A stretch of DNA of 63,839 bases, counting the filler, from Acidimicrobiia bacterium (GTDB lineage Bacteria; Actinomycetota; Acidimicrobiia; Spongiisociales; JAENVV01), in assembly GCA_041577335.1 (NCBI GenBank). It is 3 parts of 3 records of this genome, joined end to end, with 100 filler letters (N's around TTAATTAATTAA, not from the genome) between each part and the next. Parts side by side here need not be neighbours in the genome. Positions count along the whole stretch, not along the records: positions 46,602 to 63,839 come from JBFGJH010000071.1; 2 more parts are not named here. One strand, given 5' to 3'. The position numbers and the translations under genes are program-made. Under the pieces are notes generated by a model, which was given only the letters and a program-made list of their open reading frames with translations, searched no databases and was not told the origin of the DNA. Within the stretch, counting starts at the first letter, position 1, and each line of letters opens with the position of its first letter. This document shows, one piece after another, positions 58,817-63,839 of the stretch.

Positions 58817-58942
58817 GTGATCGCTGCTCATTCGAGGATCTTCAAGGCGCAGTTGCCCTATCTGGCCCGCCATTTTCGGGTGGTCACCTTTGACGGAGGT
58901 GGCAACGGCCGGCCTGTTGTCATGGCCGCCGTAACCGGGTGA
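58817..58942 (+). pseudogene. Fragment of an alpha/beta hydrolase
   Basis: HSRIFKAQLPYLARHFRVVTFDGGGNGR then stop. Confidence 0.55.
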
Positions 58943-59065
58943 TGAGCGGCCGGGTCACTAGCGGCACGCTCCCCGCCTTCTTCGTGCCGTTAGGTGACTT
59001 TCGGCACTACCACTCTGCGTGCTGGTGATGGATGGTGAAAGGTGAGGCAATCGTAGGAGGTTCTT

Positions 59066-60205
59066 GTGCGCAGGACTGGGTTTCTTTTTGCTGTGGTAGG
59101 GATTTTGCTGATCGGAGTCCTCCCTGCTGGAGCGGTTGGCGTCGTTCATGAGGTCGAGTTCGATGTTGAGTCCCACACTGGCGGCAGTGGTACGTTCTAC
59201 ATGAGCGGATACGGGGTTGGAGACGACACCGCAGCCTTTGGCGAATTCGAGTACTACCACCCGCACCAGGATGGTGTTTCCAATCCCTTCGAGACCCGCC
59301 TGCGGATTCACGACCTGAAATGCATGGTTGTGGTCCCGAGCGATAACACCAGCCATGACACCGACTACAACGTCTTGGTGATCGGGCGTCTCGAAGTCTT
59401 GGCGGACGAGGGTGGCAATTACACGTCGGCAAGGTGGGGCTCTCTCATCTATGCGCCCGACGAGTGGCGATTCGGAGGGTCTCGTCCGCTCGGTGCCGGG
59501 GTTCACGAATCCGAGCCTTCGTGCAATCTGGAGGAGTTCTTCTATTGGACCAATCCGCCGGGCCAGTGGCACACGTCCGGTTTTTTCGATGCCGGATTTG
59601 TAACGGTGAACGAGATCGAGCCGCTCTACGACGGACCACCGAAGAAGGTGAGTTTCTCGGAGACCTACCAGCTACCCGGGGACCGTCCCCTGGTGGAGGA
59701 CCAGGGCTGGTTGAACATCGGCTGCGGTGGAGGCGAGTTCGAATGGCCGACCGAGCCGGGTGTCTACGAGACGCCTGGCGTCCTCTACGAGATGGACTCG
59801 GGGAAGCTGGATGCGAGCTGGAAAGCCAAGTATGTAGGAGAAGGTACCGATGGCCGCTGGCTTTATGAAATGACCCAAGACTTCGACTTGAAGAAGGCAG
59901 TCTTCGAGTCGGGCACTAATTGGCTGTACTACGAGGCCGAGGACGACTGGTACTTCGAGTGGATCGGGTCGGGCGACTACTTCGATGTTGAGTCGGCCGT
60001 CGACTTCGATCGAGTGGTGGTCGGCGTCGTCAACCCCTACGAGCCGATTGGGCCGGGGAATGTGGAGCCGGTCAACGGTGACATCAACACCTCCTTCTTT
60101 CTCTACGACGACGCCACCGGCGAGCTCGCCGACTGGATCACCATCGATGGCACCTTCACCGACGGGGAGTTCGCGGGAACCCAGGAGGGAACCTGTAACG
60201 GCTGA
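59066..60205 (+). CDS. Secreted acidic hypothetical protein
   Basis: AGGAGG RBS, signal peptide (AGA), 379 aa, Asp/Glu/aromatic rich. Confidence 0.75.
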   Translation: MRRTGFLFAVVGILLIGVLPAGAVGVVHEVEFDVESHTGGSGTFYMSGYGVGDDTAAFGEFEYYHPHQDGVSNPFETRLRIHDLKCMVVVPSDNTSHDTDYNVLVIGRLEVLADEGGNYTSARWGSLIYAPDEWRFGGSRPLGAGVHESEPSCNLEEFFYWTNPPGQWHTSGFFDAGFVTVNEIEPLYDGPPKKVSFSETYQLPGDRPLVEDQGWLNIGCGGGEFEWPTEPGVYETPGVLYEMDSGKLDASWKAKYVGEGTDGRWLYEMTQDFDLKKAVFESGTNWLYYEAEDDWYFEWIGSGDYFDVESAVDFDRVVVGVVNPYEPIGPGNVEPVNGDINTSFFLYDDATGELADWITIDGTFTDGEFAGTQEGTCNG

Positions 60206-60438
60206 CATCATGCAGTTGAGAGACCCAGCCGGCCTCGGTGCCGTCCTGCCTGTGGCGCTCGCCGCCTGACCGAACCGCGGGGTGCTGCGAAAAAAGTCGT
60301 CCGTATGGGGCGCGTCCGAGGTACAGGCTTTTGGCGAGCGACGCCATGTCCATTGGCGTCCATGAGGTGGGGAGGTACCTCATGAGAAGACTCTCGTTGG
60401 TTCTTGCCTTGGCGTCTTTGTTGGTGGTTGCTGCCGCG

Positions 60439-60821
60439 CTCGACAACCGGACCGACTTCGACCGAACGATGACCCCGTTCGCCGCCGGGCTGGGTGGTTT
60501 CGTCAGCTTCGAAAACCCCAACTTCGTCGGTCCAGGCTGCTGTGAGGCCTGACGTGTGCCACGGCCATCCCCGGCGCCCGCGACGAGGTTCATGTCAACG
60601 GTCAACCGGTCGGCTGGATGACGATCGGTGAGTGGTCACCCACCACCCTGGAGACGGGCATCGGCTACGTCCGCTTCGCAGCCCCCACCGACGGTGGCTG
60701 GGAGGGCAAGACGGTCACCCTGGTCGACAAAGAGGGCGCCGAGCACGCTGGAACCGTCGTCGCGCTGCCGTTCTTCGACAAAGAGAAGCGCCTGCCGAGA
60801 GGCATGTCACTCGACGACTAG
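60439..60821 (+). pseudogene. Duplicated 3' fragment of the aminomethyltransferase (direct repeat copy 2)
   Basis: Matches 49344-49735 with a 28-nt deletion, TGG>TGA, a 3-nt insertion and a diverged tail. Confidence 0.9.
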
Positions 60822-61000
60822 GCCGCCGTTTGCACTCAGAATCTATTGCATGACCACACGTAACCCAGAGAGCCACGGCTGAGACCGGCGGGGGCGACCC
60901 AAGGCGAACTCCGATGCGAGGCGGGGGTGGTGGGCTCGTTGTTCAGCAGAAAATTCGTCCTATTGATGGCGACTGCGGCGATGCGAACAACCGGCGCCCC

Positions 61001-61031
61001 TTGACCTTCGAGTAACTCGAAGGTTTACGGT
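61001..61031 (+). promoter_or_regulatory. MerR-type promoter/operator
   Basis: TTGACC-19 nt-TACGGT with dyad ACCTTCGAG-TAA-CTCGAAGGT spanning the spacer. Confidence 0.85.
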
Positions 61032-61037
61032 AGAGGC

Positions 61038-61439
61038 ATGAGAATCAGCCAAGTCGCCGCAGCCGCCGGTATGAACCCGGCCACCCTTCGCTATTACGAG
61101 TCTGTCGGTGTTCTGCCCGAGCCGGCGAGGTCGGCATCTGGATATCGTCGATATGGCGAGGAAGACGTCGCCCTGATCAGATTCGTTCGCCGGCTTCGCG
61201 CCCTGCGCCTTCCCCTCGACGACATCAAGCAGATCGTGGACTTGCGGCGGCGGGGCGAAGCGCCATGCGCAGTGGTCCGGTCAGCTATGCGTCGCGAAGT
61301 TGTGGCAGTCGACGAGCGGATACTCGAGCTCACCCGTGTGCGCACTGAGCTGGAGACCCTCATTGCCGAATCTGACGCCGTCGACGATGAGTGGCCGGAG
61401 TCATGCGTATGCCATGTTGTCGAACGGAGCAAGCCATGA
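61038..61439 (+). CDS. MerR family heavy-metal-responsive regulator
   Basis: TLRYYE..G, RSASGYRRY, Cys in EAPC and C-terminal CVC. Confidence 0.92.
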   Translation: MRISQVAAAAGMNPATLRYYESVGVLPEPARSASGYRRYGEEDVALIRFVRRLRALRLPLDDIKQIVDLRRRGEAPCAVVRSAMRREVVAVDERILELTRVRTELETLIAESDAVDDEWPESCVCHVVERSKP

Positions 61440-61738
61440 TTGATGTCACCATCCAGTACTTCGACGATTGTCCCAACTGGCGCCAGGTCGAACAGCACCT
61501 GCTCCAACTTCGGGCCGGCGGCGCTGACATCGAGCTTCGCTACGAGATCATCGAGACGCCGGAGAAGGCCGAGCGAGCCGGGTTTCGGGGCTCGCCCTCC
61601 CTGCTCATCGACGGGGTCGACCCGTTCGCCAATCGCGACGACCCGATCGGCCTCGCTTGTCGGGTCTATGCGACAGAGGACGGCTACGCACCGGCTCCCA
61701 GCCTCCAACAACTCAAAGCTGCGATCGCCGGCAAGTGA
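61436..61738 (+). CDS. Thioredoxin-like protein of the type found in mer/heavy-metal loci
   Basis: YFDDCPNW, FRGSPSLLIDGVDPF, LACRVY; ATGA overlap with the MerR gene. Confidence 0.8.
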   Translation: MIDVTIQYFDDCPNWRQVEQHLLQLRAGGADIELRYEIIETPEKAERAGFRGSPSLLIDGVDPFANRDDPIGLACRVYATEDGYAPAPSLQQLKAAIAGK

Positions 61739-61787
61739 GTCAGAGTCGGGCGTGCACGCAACTCGCCCGTTCATGCATAATGGGTGG

Positions 61788-62027
61788 ATGAGCACCAGCC
61801 CTCGTTTCTCGGTTGAAGAAACCGGTCGAATCATCGAGCGGGCTACGGCGTTGCGCCAGGACCACGATTTGACCTACGACCAGTTGCTCGAGGTCGCCGC
61901 CGAACTGGGCATCGCCCCCGACGCAGTGGAGGCGGCGCTCGAATCGATCCGGAACGAGCATCCGCCGGTGCGCCAGCCGATGTACGAACGCTGTTTGGAG
62001 GTCCTGTGTCTGAAACCAACGAGGTGA
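61788..62027 (+). CDS. Hypothetical protein
   Basis: FSVEETGRIIERA...LLEVAAELGIAPDAVEAAL helical motif; stop overlaps next start. Confidence 0.6.
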   Translation: MSTSPRFSVEETGRIIERATALRQDHDLTYDQLLEVAAELGIAPDAVEAALESIRNEHPPVRQPMYERCLEVLCLKPTR

Positions 62028-62398
62028 CCAAGGCTGAGGTGACATTCCACCGAGCGTCACCGTGTTTTCCTGTCCGAGATCTGAGCCAAGCGGTGGAGCA
62101 TTATCGGCAGCTCGGCTTTGCGGTCCGTGAATACCAAGGCGCCGACCTCTACGCGTTTGCCGAACGGGGTGCCGTCGAATTCCACCTTGCCCAAGTGGAC
62201 GATCTCAAACCTCGGAAGAACATGAGTGCCGTCTACCTCTATGTCGACGACGCAGATGCCCTGTACGAGGAGTGGAACGCAGCCGGCATCGATGGCCGGC
62301 TGATTGAGCCTCGTGACACGTCATACGGGTTGCGCGAAGGCGCCTGCATGGACCGCGATGCGAATCTCATTCGATTCGGGTCGGAGATCGCTGACTGA
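62024..62398 (+). CDS. VOC/bleomycin-resistance family protein
   Basis: PVRDLSQAVEHYRQLGF, YLYVDDADAL, YGLRE...DANLIRFGS. Confidence 0.87.
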   Translation: MTKAEVTFHRASPCFPVRDLSQAVEHYRQLGFAVREYQGADLYAFAERGAVEFHLAQVDDLKPRKNMSAVYLYVDDADALYEEWNAAGIDGRLIEPRDTSYGLREGACMDRDANLIRFGSEIAD

Positions 62399-62673
62399 GT
62401 CTGCCTAGGCGTGAGGCGCAACCTTGCGCCGTTTCTCAAGGGGCCGCGTGATGGTGATGCCGTATCAGATCCTTCGCGCCGAAGATGATCACGAGCAAGA
62501 TTGCAGCAGCTACTTCGACGCCTCGGTAGTGCCAGACCGAAGACCCGCGCGCCGCTATGAACAACCTCTTGCGGTGGTTGCGACCCGAGCGTTGTTGCCT
62601 GATCGGCGGGTCAACCGCGGGCGGTGAGTCCCTGCTGGGTCTTGAACCGGCTCTTACGTCGTAGCCTGGCGAT

Positions 62674-63342
62674 GTGAAGGCACGCACGGTCCTTGGTATC
62701 GACGGCTGGAAGGCCGCCTGGGTGGGAGTCGTTCTCACCGATGGCTTGTTTGTCGATGCGGTCGTGAGTGACGATCTCCCGGCGCTGCTCGCTCGGGTTC
62801 CGGACGCTGTGGCGGTTGGCATCGACGTGCCGATCGGCTTCCCGACAGATGCGCCCCGCCGCGCCGACATGGAAGCAAGGGAGTTCGTTGGGCCGCGTTG
62901 GTCCAGCGTGTTCGCCACCTTGCCGGAGGAGGCGTACCGGGGGGGCTCGCATCGGGAAGCCACCGAGTTGTGCCATGGGCTGTGGGGCAAGGGAATATCG
63001 CAGCAGGCGTACGCCCTCCGGCACAAGGTTCTCGAAATGGCGGAACTGGCTGCCGAAGACGGCCGCATCTTCGAAGTCCACCCTGAGGTGACGTTCAAAG
63101 AGATGGCCGGAGAGCACCTGGCATCGCCCAAGCGCAGCTGGAACGGCCAACAGCTCCGCCGCCGGCTGCTGGCCGACACCGGCATCGTCCTCCCCGACGA
63201 GCTCGGTGAAGCAGGCGTCGTCCCGGTGGATGACATCCTCGACGCCGCCGCCTGTGCGTGGACTGCCCATCGGATGGCCCGGGGCGAGGCGTCCACGCTC
63301 CCTTGCGACGCCAGGCCCGGCGAGCCGGTGATCACCTACTGA
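62674..63342 (+). CDS. DUF429 predicted RNase H-like nuclease
   Basis: GIDGWKAAW, IDVPIG, EVHPE, DDILDA. Confidence 0.87.
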   Translation: MKARTVLGIDGWKAAWVGVVLTDGLFVDAVVSDDLPALLARVPDAVAVGIDVPIGFPTDAPRRADMEAREFVGPRWSSVFATLPEEAYRGGSHREATELCHGLWGKGISQQAYALRHKVLEMAELAAEDGRIFEVHPEVTFKEMAGEHLASPKRSWNGQQLRRRLLADTGIVLPDELGEAGVVPVDDILDAAACAWTAHRMARGEASTLPCDARPGEPVITY

Positions 63343-63524
63343 GCGAGTCGTCGAGCTCGATGGCGGGCTTGGCACCGCCGGCAGCTGCAACCTCGCCATA
63401 CCGCGTTTGGGGTCGACTTCGACTTGCCACCTCGGGCGTTCCATGATCTGGCCGAGTGCTGCCAGAAGCTCCTCGAAGAACACCTCACACCCTGCGGCAG
63501 GCGCTGCATGACCTGAGTGGCTGT

Positions 63525-63839
63525 TCAGCCGGCCCGGTTCCACGCACTGAACGATGACACCGGCCGGTCGCCGGGTCGGCGCAGCCACGGATACGGATGG
63601 AGTGCGGCCACGTCGACGGACGGTCGGTGACGCTGAAACCCGGGCACCGGCGCGAACGTCACTGCCACTCGCCGGTCCTCCATCTCGGTCCCGGGGATGC
63701 CGAGGCGCACTTCAACCGGCCGGCGCTCGGCCAGGTCGGCCAGAGTCTCGGCCAGGAACACCAGCCGTTTGGAGCTGAGCCGGAGCCGGGCCAGCAGCGG
63801 CTCATCGAACACGAAGATCGCCGGGAGGTCGGGGTGGGC
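63525..63839 (-). CDS. C-terminus of a probable photolyase-related FAD-binding protein, cut by window edge
   Basis: AIFVFDEPLL, SKRLVFLAETLADL, APVPG, HPYPWL, SFSAW. Confidence 0.55.
   Translation of the reverse strand, partial: AHPDLPAIFVFDEPLLARLRLSSKRLVFLAETLADLAERRPVEVRLGIPGTEMEDRRVAVTFAPVPGFQRHRPSVDVAALHPYPWLRRPGDRPVSSFSAWNRAG

Overview
High-GC bacterial DNA, most consistent with an Actinomycetota (probably Acidimicrobiia-like) draft genome or MAG; this placement is inferred from gene content only (mycothiol-dependent isomerase, DUF3152, gatCAB-serA-ilvE-FAH-gltX-tRNA synteny). The window joins three contigs through artificial N/TTAATTAATTAA/N linkers (23551-23650, 46502-46601), so adjacency across the gaps means nothing. 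Contig 1: PLP decarboxylase, metX, an AioA/IdrA-family molybdoenzyme with a Tat Rieske subunit and a divergent cytochrome c, metabolic genes (acyl-CoA carboxylase, rlmH, putA) and a patch of gene debris. Contig 2: core translation and amino-acid genes (gatCAB, serA, pgpA, ilvE, gltX, three tRNAs), a lipoyl-like/SGNH pair, a ybdK-like ligase, DsbB/TlpA and secreted accessory proteins. Contig 3: a GcvT-like aminomethyltransferase whose 3' ~390 bp recur about 11 kb downstream. The two copies bracket a compact cluster (triple-PAS kinase, OmpR-type regulator, receiver-PIG-L deacetylase fusion, ATP-grasp ligase, PHP hydrolase, processive GT2, small membrane partner, stand-alone DHp protein, degenerate hybrid kinase), followed by a MerR module. 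The two best candidates for undescribed biology are this phosphorylation-gated glycan synthesis/modification cluster and the non-canonical AioA/IdrA-like enzyme. All assignments come from motif recognition by eye; no database searches were run.
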